64,000 nucleotides of DNA, taken from an uncultured Propionivibrio sp. (GTDB lineage: Bacteria > Pseudomonadota > Gammaproteobacteria > Burkholderiales > Rhodocyclaceae). The first letter of the stretch is position 1. Each line of letters starts with the position of its first letter. A program made the position numbers and the translations under genes. Positions 10,297-19,376 of the stretch are shown piece by piece. The stretch spans positions 537-64,536 of the forward strand of contig CAZALA010000003.1 of the NCBI GenBank assembly GCA_964485725.1, read 5' to 3'. A model generated the notes under the pieces. The model saw nothing but the letters and a program-made list of their open reading frames with translations, was not told the DNA's origin and did no database searches.

Positions 10297-11268
10297 ATGG
10301 CCGCCCTGCTTCCTGACGATCACCTGCCCGAATCGCTCAAGGTCAAGCTCGACCAGGACATGCTGCGCACCTTTCTTGCGGTGGCAAGATTGCGCAGCTT
10401 TTCGGGCGCCTCCGACGTCCTCTTCAAATCGACGTCGGCGATCAGCTACCGCATCAAGACGCTCGAGGACAATCTCGGCACGCCGCTCTTCCTGCGCACG
10501 ACGCGCGTCGTCACGCTGACGCCGGCGGGCGAGTACCTCTACGAGAAGGCCAGCCAGATCTTCGAGTGGCTGCAGACGCTGCCCAATGAACTGCAGCAGA
10601 TGAAGGAAGGCATCGAGCCGCACTTCAATCTCGTCATCAACAACCTGCTCTACCGGCCCGACGCGATGGCCAAGCTGCTCGCCTACCTCGCCGGACGTTT
10701 TCCCTATACCGCTTTCAAGGTGAGGCGCGCCGTGTACATGGGCGTGTGGGACGAAATGCTGCATAACGGCGGACAGCTCGCGATCGGCGCGCCCGGTTTC
10801 GACACGCTGCACGACGACTTCATCACGCAGCCCTTGGGCTCGATCAACTGGGTTTTCGTCCTCGCCCCCGGCCACCCGCTCGCCGCCACCCCGGGGCGGC
10901 TCGAGAACGACGCGCTGCGCCCCTACCCTGCGATCAACGTCGAGGACACTTCGCTGCGCATCTCCAAACGCACCGCCTGGCGCCTGCCGCGGCAGCGCGA
11001 ACTCGTCGTTCCCGACCTGCAGACGAAGATCGCCTGCCACGAAGCGGGCCTCGGCGTCGGTTTCCTGCCGGCGCCGATCGCGCACGATCTGCAGGGCAAG
11101 GGCCTGCTCGTCGAACGCGCCGTCGTCACCGGGCGCGCGCCCTCGCCGCTCGCCTGCGCCTGGCGCCGTTCGGGCAGCGGCCGCATCGCCGAGCATCTGC
11201 GCGAGCTCTGCCTGTCCGATGATAAAATAATGCTGCCTTTCCTGGCGCCCATCGACCGGCTGGACTAA
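10297..11268 (+). CDS. allS: LysR-family activator, AllS-like
   Basis: LysR HTH plus segments recalled from E. coli AllS: VINNLLY, YMGVWD, KR.AWRLP.Q.E..VPD..TKIA.H.AG.G.GFLP. Confidence 0.8.
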   Translation: MAALLPDDHLPESLKVKLDQDMLRTFLAVARLRSFSGASDVLFKSTSAISYRIKTLEDNLGTPLFLRTTRVVTLTPAGEYLYEKASQIFEWLQTLPNELQQMKEGIEPHFNLVINNLLYRPDAMAKLLAYLAGRFPYTAFKVRRAVYMGVWDEMLHNGGQLAIGAPGFDTLHDDFITQPLGSINWVFVLAPGHPLAATPGRLENDALRPYPAINVEDTSLRISKRTAWRLPRQRELVVPDLQTKIACHEAGLGVGFLPAPIAHDLQGKGLLVERAVVTGRAPSPLACAWRRSGSGRIAEHLRELCLSDDKIMLPFLAPIDRLD

Positions 11269-11450
11269 AGCGCCGCCGCCGGCGGTCGGCGAGGCGCCGG
11301 CGCCGCGAGCCTGAGCCTGTATCCTGCGCTTTTCTGCGTTCTGCCGGCCGGCGCGCGAGGCCAGCCGAGAATTAATCCGCGGCGCGCTTGCCGAAGATCA
11401 AGAAGCCTTCAAACCCCCCATTGAACCTGCGAGTCCCCCTCTTGCCTCTG

Positions 11451-12317
11451 ATGATTTCCAACCTTGTCCAGCGCTTTCTCTTCGACGAACTCGACATCCG
11501 CGGCGCGCTCGTCCGCCTCGACTCGGTCTGGCAGAAGCTCTTGGCCAGGCGCAACTACCCGGCGCCCGTCGTCGAACTCCTCGGGCAGGTGTGCGCGACG
11601 ACGCTGCTCATGGCCGACAACCTGAAAAACCCCGGCCGGCTGACCGTACAGCTGCGTGGCGACGGCCCGGTTTCGCTGCTCGTCATCGACTGCGCCGAAG
11701 ACCTCAACCTGCGCTGCCTCGCGCAGCACGCTGAGGCGCTTGAGCCGAAGCCGGCGCTCGAACTGCTCGGCGCCGGACAGTTCGTCATGACCCTCGCCAT
11801 GCGGGCGCGTCGGCAGCCGTACCAGAGCATCGTCCCGCTCGAGGGCAAGAGCATCGCCGAAGTCTTCGAAAACTACCTCGCGCAATCCGAGCAGATCGCC
11901 TCGCGCTTCTTCCTTGCCGCTTCGCAAGACGGAGCCGCCGGACTCTTCCTCCAGAAGCTGCCTTCGGCCGCTGCACGCGACGCCGACGGCTGGTCGCGCA
12001 TCGAGGCGCTGGCGGCGACCGTGCGGCCTGACGAACTCCTCGGCCTGCCGCCCGAGACCTTGCTCACTCGCCTTTTCCACGAGGAAACCGTGCGCGTCTT
12101 CGCAGCGCGGCCGGTGCAGAGCGAGTTTCCCGAAGACCGCGAGAAAATCGCCAATATGCTGCGCTCGCTTGGCCGCAACGAAGTCTATAACAACCTCCGG
12201 CAGCACGGCGTCATCGTCATTCGCGACGACCTTGCCAACCACGAATACCGATTCGACAAGGCTGCGATCGACGCGCTCTTCAGCAACCAGCCGCCGAGGC
12301 CGCCGACCGTGCATTGA
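11451..12317 (+). CDS. hslO: Hsp33-family chaperone lacking the C-terminal zinc cysteines
   Basis: QRFLF..LDIRG.LV.L, QLRGDGP, YQSIVPL, YLAQSEQI, AAGLFLQKLP, LLTRLFHEE. Confidence 0.85.
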   Translation: MISNLVQRFLFDELDIRGALVRLDSVWQKLLARRNYPAPVVELLGQVCATTLLMADNLKNPGRLTVQLRGDGPVSLLVIDCAEDLNLRCLAQHAEALEPKPALELLGAGQFVMTLAMRARRQPYQSIVPLEGKSIAEVFENYLAQSEQIASRFFLAASQDGAAGLFLQKLPSAAARDADGWSRIEALAATVRPDELLGLPPETLLTRLFHEETVRVFAARPVQSEFPEDREKIANMLRSLGRNEVYNNLRQHGVIVIRDDLANHEYRFDKAAIDALFSNQPPRPPTVH

Positions 12318-12390
12318 GCGCGCTGGCTGCCTGTCGGGTTTGCTGGGCCGCAGCGAAAAAATGGTGGATGGGGAGTCGCAGAAGAGGCTT

Positions 12391-12468
12391 TGTAGGAGCC
12401 CGATTCATCGGGCGATGCGGCGCTTGTGGCTGCACCGCCGCATCGCGCAGCCGAGCTGCGCTCCTACA
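12391..12468. repeat. GTAG-type REP doublet (REPIN-like)
   Basis: TGTAGGAGC ... GCTCCTACA inverted ends with internal palindromes; between convergent genes. Confidence 0.8.
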
Positions 12469-12555
12469 GAGCTTGCCAACGCTTATGTGGGCGGCGAGCT
12501 CGGTTTTGCTCGGCTTTCAACCCAATAGCATTTCCATTTCAAACCCGACATGCTG

Positions 12556-13422
12556 CTAGGGCGTTCGGCGGCGGGCAAGCTCCTGCGCCGCGGCGAGGAG
12601 CGCCGGGCGGCGTTCGTCGGGAAGGTCGGGCAGGCGATCGGCGAGCCATTCGAGCGTGGCGTTCGGAATCAGTTCGGCCGCGTCTACGAGATCGCTCGCG
12701 AGCGCGAGCGTCGAAGTCGGCGAAGCGTCGAGCAGGTGACGCGCCGTATTGGCGCAGGTGCGCGCGAGCCGGGCGCGTTCGCTTTGCACGCCGCGCAGGA
12801 GCTGCAGCACGAGCGCCGGCAGCTTCCAGCGCTCGGCGCATTGCAGCGTGAGGTCCTTGAAAGTAAATCCGCAGGCCAGCATCTGCGCCTCGGCGCTGCG
12901 TTTGGCGCGACCGCTTTGCAGCGCCTCTTCGGCTTTTTGCGGAATTTCGGCGGCATAGACCCATAGCAGGAGGTCACCGGTGCCGCCGAGCAGCGCCGCC
13001 ACGGCGACTTCCTCGGGATTGACGTCGCGGCGGTCGGCGGCCCATTCGCGCGCAATCTGTGAAGCGAGCCGCGCGCGCGTTTCGACTTTCAGCAAACCGC
13101 TGTTGCCGCTCTCGATTTCGGGGCTCGCGAAGAGCAGCTTGCGAAATTCGTCGACGCCAAGCTGCAGGATCGCCGCGAGCGCGGTCGTCGTTTCGTGATC
13201 GAGGCGGTGCGACTTGCGGCGCTCGGCTTCGCGCAAGAGACCAAGGCAGAGCAGCGGATCCTCGAGGACGACGTCGCAAAGGTCCCTGGGAGAGAGCCGT
13301 TCGCCCTCGGCTGCATCGATATGAGCGACGGCGAGTTTCGAGCGGCGCAGCACCGGCAGCGCCTGCCTCTCGAAATAGGCAGCCCACTGCGCCGCTCGCC
13401 AGTGCTGTCTCGACGATTCCAT
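12556..13422 (-). CDS. HDOD domain protein
   Basis: LPVL, DPLL...LL, AILQLG, EEVAVAALL...G.LLLW, W.LP motifs. Confidence 0.8.
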   Translation of the reverse strand: MESSRQHWRAAQWAAYFERQALPVLRRSKLAVAHIDAAEGERLSPRDLCDVVLEDPLLCLGLLREAERRKSHRLDHETTTALAAILQLGVDEFRKLLFASPEIESGNSGLLKVETRARLASQIAREWAADRRDVNPEEVAVAALLGGTGDLLLWVYAAEIPQKAEEALQSGRAKRSAEAQMLACGFTFKDLTLQCAERWKLPALVLQLLRGVQSERARLARTCANTARHLLDASPTSTLALASDLVDAAELIPNATLEWLADRLPDLPDERRPALLAAAQELARRRTP

Positions 13423-13505
13423 GCTGCGAGCCTCCGCTCAGGTGGGCAGAAGGCCCCAGTGTAGGCGCAAATATGGCAAAATCAATGCAATTGGCATATA
13501 TCGCT

Positions 13506-14714
13506 TCAGTTCTGCGCAGGCGACGCCGTGTCGACGGCAAGGCGCCACAGGTGAGTGACTTCGGCGGCGCGAGCAAGATGAAAGGGGTCGTCGAGATCGC
13601 TCGCGCCGCGATGCGTCGGGCGCGCGCTCAGCCGGTCGAGGACCTTCAGGCCCGCGCTCGCAAAGCGTCTTGCCAGCTCGTCGCGCGGCCGCAGCCCGAG
13701 GTGCTCGGCAAGGTCAGAGAGAATCAGCCAGCCCTCGCCTTGAGGCGTCAGGTGTTCGGCGAGCCCGGCGAGAAAGCCGCTCAGCATGCGGCTCTCGGGA
13801 TCATAGACGGCGCGCTCGAGCGGACTGCCCGGTCGCCCCGGCAGCCACGGCGGATTGCAGACGACGAGCGCGGCGCGGCCCGGCGGGAAGAGGTCGGCGG
13901 CGAGCACTTCGACCTTGGCGGCAAGGCCCAGGCGGGCGATGTTCTCGCGCGCGCAGGCAAGCGCGCGCTCGTCGACATCGGTGGCGACGACGCGAGCGAG
14001 CCCGCGCTGCGCCAGAATCGCGGCGAGGACGCCGGTGCCGGTACCGATGTCGAATGCGACATTGCCTTCGCCCGCGAGCGACGCGGGCAAGGGTGCCCTG
14101 GCGACGAGATCGCAGTATTCGCCACGCACCGGCGCGAAGACGCCGTAGTGCGGATGGATGCGCCCGCCGAGCGCGGCGAGCGCGGTCACTTCGACGCCCT
14201 TCTTGCGCCACTCGCCGGCGCTGATCAGGCCGAGGAGTTCGCGCAGCGAGATCACGTACGGCAGTTCAGCGGCGCCATAGACCTCTTCGCAGACGCGGCG
14301 GACGTCGGGCGCGCGTCGCAGCGCGATGACGTGCCCGGCCTCGACCGCAATCAGCAGCATGCCGAGCGTGCGCGCGCGCTGGGCGCGCGCCATGCGATGA
14401 AGATGAAAAGCCTCGGCGCTCGCAGCCGCAACCCCCTGCGCCTTCGCCTTCGCTTTCGCCTTGCGCGGCGGACGATCGAGGCGGCGCGCGAGCGCCTGCA
14501 GCAGCTGGCGGGCGTTCTGGAAATCGCCGCGCCAGAGCAGCGCCGTCCCCTGGCTGGCGAGAAGATGGGCTGCGTCGGCGGTCAGCGTGTCGTCGACGAC
14601 TTCGACGCGCCGCGGCGGCGCGACACCGGCTTGCGAGCGCCAGAGCGCCGCCCGCGCCTGCCCGCCCTCGCTCCAGGCGAGCGTGGCGGCAGGCTCGATC
14701 GCCGCTGCGCTCAT
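13506..14714 (-). CDS. Class I SAM-dependent methyltransferase (MTS-like)
   Basis: HYGVFAP, DIGTGTG motif I, NPPW motif IV. Confidence 0.85.
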   Translation of the reverse strand: MSAAAIEPAATLAWSEGGQARAALWRSQAGVAPPRRVEVVDDTLTADAAHLLASQGTALLWRGDFQNARQLLQALARRLDRPPRKAKAKAKAQGVAAASAEAFHLHRMARAQRARTLGMLLIAVEAGHVIALRRAPDVRRVCEEVYGAAELPYVISLRELLGLISAGEWRKKGVEVTALAALGGRIHPHYGVFAPVRGEYCDLVARAPLPASLAGEGNVAFDIGTGTGVLAAILAQRGLARVVATDVDERALACARENIARLGLAAKVEVLAADLFPPGRAALVVCNPPWLPGRPGSPLERAVYDPESRMLSGFLAGLAEHLTPQGEGWLILSDLAEHLGLRPRDELARRFASAGLKVLDRLSARPTHRGASDLDDPFHLARAAEVTHLWRLAVDTASPAQN

Positions 14715-14870
14715 CGTATCGCCTGAGCGCTGCCGGCAAGGCAGCGGGTGAAGGCAAGCATCATCATGGGGGCGGCCGGGGCTGGAAGAGGGAGCGGCAA
14801 AGTATGGCGGCGCGATCGCGTCAAGTCAAAGGCGACGCAGGCCGCTGCGCCGGAAGGGCCGGCCCGCTCT

Positions 14871-15749
14871 TCAGGCGTCGCCGGTCGCGCACAGGAAGCG
14901 CCGGACGAGGGCAATCTCTGCGTCGTTCATGAACATCGGCGCATGGCCGACGCCGGCGACCTCGACGAGTTCGGCGCGCGGTCCGCGCTGCGTCATCTCG
15001 GTCGCCGTTTCGGCGCTGAGCAGGTCCGAATCGGCGCCGCGCACGACGAGCGTCGGACAGCCGACGCGATCGTAGATCGGCCATAGCTCGATCGGCCCGG
15101 CGGCGTGCGTGCGGTGAAACGACGCTGCGATCGCAGGATCGTAGCGCATCTCGAAACCGCCATCGTGACGCTCGCGCAGGCTCGACTCGGTGAGCGCCCG
15201 CCAGGCCGCGTCGGAGAGCTCGCCAAAAGGCGCGCAGACGCGGCGCAAATAGGCTTCGGCGTCGGCGACGTTCGCGAAAACCGGTGCCCGGCCGAGGTTC
15301 TCGCCGATGCGGCTCATCGCCTGCGGCGCGATCACGGGTCCGACGTCGTTGAGGACGAGCCTGGTAATCGGCGTCCGCTCAAAGCTGGCGAGCACCATGC
15401 CGATCAGCCCGCCGAGCGAGGTGCCGAGCCAGTGCAGGCTCTGGACGTTGAGGCGAGCAATGAGAACGACCATGTCGGCGACGTACTGGTCGACGCGGTA
15501 GTCCTCGGGATCGCGCAGCCAGTCGCTCTCGCCGCGGCCGGCAAGGTCGGGACAGACGACGCGATAAGCGCCGGCCAGCGCTTGCGCGAGCGTGTCGAAA
15601 TCCCTGCCGTTGCGCGAAAGGCCATGGACGCAGACGAGCACGCGGGGGTTGGCGCGCTCGCCCCACTCGCGATAGGCGACGCGATGCAGTCCCGAGGGCG
15701 AAGCGCACAGGACGCTCTCCTGTCTGACGGTCGGCTTCATGAAATTCAT
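14871..15749 (-). CDS. Alpha/beta fold hydrolase
   Basis: CVHGL, GTSLGG nucleophile elbow, GHAP catalytic His. Confidence 0.88.
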   Translation of the reverse strand: MNFMKPTVRQESVLCASPSGLHRVAYREWGERANPRVLVCVHGLSRNGRDFDTLAQALAGAYRVVCPDLAGRGESDWLRDPEDYRVDQYVADMVVLIARLNVQSLHWLGTSLGGLIGMVLASFERTPITRLVLNDVGPVIAPQAMSRIGENLGRAPVFANVADAEAYLRRVCAPFGELSDAAWRALTESSLRERHDGGFEMRYDPAIAASFHRTHAAGPIELWPIYDRVGCPTLVVRGADSDLLSAETATEMTQRGPRAELVEVAGVGHAPMFMNDAEIALVRRFLCATGDA

Positions 15750-15771
15750 TCTAACAGTCCTTGCCCTTGCT

Positions 15772-17376
15772 TCACCGCCCCTGCCAGTAACGGCGGCGCT
15801 CCTGGCGCCACGCCGAGACGGCAGTGCCTGAGCCGAGCGCGATGTGGATCGCGCCGTCGCGGTCGGTTCGCCACTGGCGGATCGCGCCATAACGATCGAG
15901 CACTTCCGGGCGCGGATGACGAAAGGCATTGCGGTAGCCCACCGAGAAAACCGCATCGCCGGCCGCGACCGCGGCGACGAAGGGCGCAGTCGACGACGCC
16001 TTGCCGCCGTGATGCGGGACGAGCAGGACCGCGCTCGCAAGTTCGGACGCGGCGCGTTCAACGAGCGCCTTTTCGTCGGCCGCTTCGATATCGGCCGTGA
16101 GCAGCATGCTTGCCGAAGCGGTGGCCAGGCGCAGGACGCAACTCATGCTGTTCGATTTCTTCGCGGCCATCGTGTAATCGGCAAGCGTCGGGTGCAGCAC
16201 CGTGAAACGCACGCCGTCCCATTCCCAGCCTTGCCCGGCGGCGCAGGCTTCGCCCGGCAGTTCGGCGATGGGCGAGACGATGCGCGCGACCGGCAGCGCT
16301 TCGCGCAAGGCGGCGACACCGCCCGAGTAGTCCTTGTCGCGATGCGAAACGACGAGCAGGTCGAGCGCGTCGATGCCGCTCGCGCGCAGGAAGGGCACGA
16401 CGACGCGCGCACCGGCGTCGGCGCTCGCGCTGTAGAGCGGGCCGGCATCGTAGGCGAGCGCGTGCGTCGCCGTGCGCACGACAACGGCAAGCCCCTGCCC
16501 GACGTCGAGGACGTCGACCCAGGCCTCGCCCGCTTGCGGTCGCGGCGGCGGCAGGAGGAGCGCCGGCAGCAGGAAGGCAAGGCCCAGCCAGCGCGCCGGA
16601 AAACCGCGCGGCAGCAGCAGCCAGGCGACGCCGACGAGGGCGATGAGCGTGGCCGCGGGCGACGGCGCGGCCTGCTGCCAGACCGGCCAGCTCGCCAGCG
16701 TCTCGAGCCCCTCCATCAGTTGCGCGAGCAGCCAGTGATCGAGATGCAGCAGGGGCGGCCAGGGCAGCAGCGCGAACGCGAGCGCGAGCGGCGTGACGAG
16801 AAAGCTGACGACGGGGATGGCGAGCGCGTTGGCGAGCGGCGAGACGAGCGAGAACTGCTGAAAGAAATAAAGCAGCAGCGGCACGCTGCCGACGCTCACC
16901 GCCCATTGCGCCGCGCCCCACTGCGCGAGGCTCTCGCGCCAGCCGCGCGCGGCGCCTGCGCGCGCGCTGCCGACGTAGAAAAGCAGGGCAACGGCGCCAA
17001 AGGAGAGCCAGAATCCCGTCGCCAGGACGGCCCATGGGTCGAGGACGAGAACGACGAAAAGCGCGCAGGCCAGCGTGCGGCTGACGCCGTAGTTGCGCCC
17101 CGACCAGAGCGCGAGTGCGACCACGGCGAGCATGTAGAGCGTGCGCTGCGCGGGCACTTCGAAGCCGGCGAGCAGCGCGTAGGCAAAAGCGGCGGCCGCG
17201 CCCGCCGCAATCGCGGCCTTCTGCGCCGGCAGGTGGCGCAGCAGCGTTTCGCTGCGCCGCCAGAGCGCGCTGACAAGCGCGGCGAGCAGGGCTGCGACCA
17301 TCGTCACGTGCAGGCCGGATATGCTCACGAGGTGGGTCACGCCGGTACGGCTGAAAGTGAGCCACTGCGGGTTCGG
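15772..17376 (-). pseudogene. comEC: comEC/rec2 3' fragment (Competence membrane domain + metallo-beta-lactamase domain), interrupted by the transposon
   Basis: HLVSISGLH, GFWLSF, LDVGQG, VPHHG, YRNAFRHP, RTDRDGA motifs; the frame hits a stop inside the element with no canonical start. Confidence 0.93.
17373..17376. repeat. Left copy of target-site duplication TCGG
   Basis: TCGG immediately precedes the TGG terminus; identical 4-mer at 62536-62539. Confidence 0.8.
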
Positions 17377-17687
17377 TGGTGACTGGAAATAGAAAGTAGC
17401 GCTGACGTAAATTAAGTTGCGCTGATAAATTTAGCTGCGCTGAGCACTTGGGGATTTCGAGGCCTTCCGGCAGCACGACGGCGAATCTCCTTGCCTACTG
17501 AGCCATTTGGTCAGCGCAGCCAATATTTCCAATGCTCTTCGCATCACAGCAGAGTGATACCTCACCAGCACCTGCATGCTGAAGTCATTTCTAATTGCGC
17601 AAATTTTAGGCAAAATGACCTAAAACAGCTCGTTTTTAAAAATTAAGTTGCGCTGACCATTTGCAATTGGAAAATTAAGTTGCGCTG
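17377..17687 (+). repeat. Transposon end with TnsB-type binding sites (consensus AAATTAAGTTGCGCTG)
   Basis: Sites at 17389-17404, 17409-17424, 17427-17442, 17640-17655, 17672-17687; degenerate inverted copy at 17512-17527. Confidence 0.88.
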
Positions 17688-17714
17688 GAACGCCCCCTTG
17701 TCGGGGCATTCTTA

Positions 17715-18404
17715 TCAAAACTTGAAACTCACATCTCGCGGGACCGCCAGGGTCTCAGCTTCCTGTCCCTTTGCGAAAGCCACAACATAGACAATCGTGT
17801 CTTTCCAAGGCGAATCGCTGCCTTGCAGTTTGACCATGACCTCACGATTTGCCCCGACAAGGGAAACACCTTCTGCGTCCAAAGTAGCCAACAATTCGTC
17901 CAATTCAACGTAAACACCCAGTTTGTCTGTAGCTGAGTAGAGTTCGTCACAATCAGCGTATTCGGTGCAGTAATCGGTAAGGTGTGCGAAGACCTCTTCA
18001 GCCTTCGACGACATCTCCACCGCATCGACAATCTGTAGGCCAGACCCAAGCTCCACCAACTTCCCGAGTTGCTTGCCTGTACTGAGTTTCTCGGCCTTAA
18101 GCGTGACACGCTCTTTCTCAAAACGAGCCTTCTCGGCAGCCATCTGCTCACTAGTTGGGATGACATATGGCTTGTTAAACGCATCGATGTCTTCGAAGCC
18201 GAGGGCGCCAGCCAAGGCACGACGGGTATCCAGCGAGGACGGCGTCCCCTCTTCAACGCGTTGAACAGTACGAGCGCTAACGCGGGCTATTTCAGCTAGC
18301 TGTTCCTGCGACCACTGTCGCATTTCGCGGAACATCTTCAAGACGCCGGCGAGTTCCTCGTTGGTCAGGTGGCGTGCTTCGGCTTGGTTTGCAGTGTTGG
18401 TCAT
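17715..18404 (-). CDS. XRE-family HTH protein with uncharacterised C-terminal domain
   Basis: WSQEQLAEIARVSARTVQRVEEG HTH; GGGAG RBS. Confidence 0.8.
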   Translation of the reverse strand: MTNTANQAEARHLTNEELAGVLKMFREMRQWSQEQLAEIARVSARTVQRVEEGTPSSLDTRRALAGALGFEDIDAFNKPYVIPTSEQMAAEKARFEKERVTLKAEKLSTGKQLGKLVELGSGLQIVDAVEMSSKAEEVFAHLTDYCTEYADCDELYSATDKLGVYVELDELLATLDAEGVSLVGANREVMVKLQGSDSPWKDTIVYVVAFAKGQEAETLAVPRDVSFKF

Positions 18405-18503
18405 GGTTCATTTCTCCCTCGGGTTGTTGACGGAGCCAGTATCTCGAACACGCCAAGGATAGCCCACGACAGCAACACGACAGTGAACCGACAGCAGCGC
18501 TGG

Positions 18504-19376
18504 CTACAGAAAATATTGCCTCAAGCGCTGGACCGCGCCCCACCGTTTCTTACGCGCAGACCTGTACGCACTTGGTGTCTGAGGCCCCTTCCCCCCATTC
18601 TTCAGCCACGGTTTCTCAATCAAATACTGTTGATGCCTGACCTCTGCGTACTCGTCTGCAGTGTCATAGCGCCAATCAAGTACCAAATTAACCGATTCCG
18701 CATTTTGTCCGGAGGGATGCGGAACGCAAATTGGCTGGCCATCAAGACTCAACAACTCACGATTCAGCACGTTGGCTTTGCGCAGTTGAACGAGAGCATC
18801 CAATACTTGAGTCCCCAAAGGGAGCACCATCGTGTCACGTGGCAGATTATCGAGCACTTTGGCGGTAGCCGTGAGCATCACGGCAAAGCTATCGCACTCC
18901 TTCAAATAAGGCGTCCCGTTGTAATCCTTGCCGCCCTTGAAAGTAGGAAAGCCGAGGAGGCTGCAAAAGTGAGCCTTTGGATAGCCACCAGGCGTCCACA
19001 AATTTCCGCAGGTAGACTCTTCAATGTGCTTATGCACCCCTAGCAAGTTGAGCATTTCAACCAAAGGGTTACGCATATCGCCACCAAAACTGGCAGCAAT
19101 TTTGGCGGCTTTCAGGCAGTTCTCATCCGAAAGACCTCGAGAAATCGCAAGCCTAGCCGCATGATGAGCAAGTGCAGCCTGTTGTCTCCCCGGCGTAATA
19201 CCTACTAGCGCAATCCGAGGCTCCGAATTCTGATGCTCAAACGGAGCGTAGTACGTACTGTAGGCTGTGCTTTTATCGGCGTGGAGTTTATAGGTTCCAG
19301 GAAGAGCGCCAGCAGAAGTGAACGGTTCGGCCGTCAGTTTCTCCTTGTACTTCTCAAAGAAAGGATAACGACTCAT
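18504..19376 (-). CDS. Uracil-DNA glycosylase superfamily-like protein
   Basis: IALVGITPG (motif A-like), VLPLG, VPHPSGQN (motif B-like). Confidence 0.65.
   Translation of the reverse strand: MSRYPFFEKYKEKLTAEPFTSAGALPGTYKLHADKSTAYSTYYAPFEHQNSEPRIALVGITPGRQQAALAHHAARLAISRGLSDENCLKAAKIAASFGGDMRNPLVEMLNLLGVHKHIEESTCGNLWTPGGYPKAHFCSLLGFPTFKGGKDYNGTPYLKECDSFAVMLTATAKVLDNLPRDTMVLPLGTQVLDALVQLRKANVLNRELLSLDGQPICVPHPSGQNAESVNLVLDWRYDTADEYAEVRHQQYLIEKPWLKNGGKGPQTPSAYRSARKKRWGAVQRLRQYFL

Noticed and set aside
326-17382. Many long antisense or alternate-frame ORFs in the host region (e.g. 4548-6131, 5660-7393, 7522-8943, 13059-14726, 15844-17382)
   Set aside because: Shadows of real genes in high-GC DNA, with no motifs or ribosome-binding sites.
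16058-17476. 472-aa ORF reading out of the element as a repaired comEC
   Set aside because: It is in a different frame from comEC and is an Arg-rich high-GC shadow ORF; the comEC frame is closed by a TAA inside the element.
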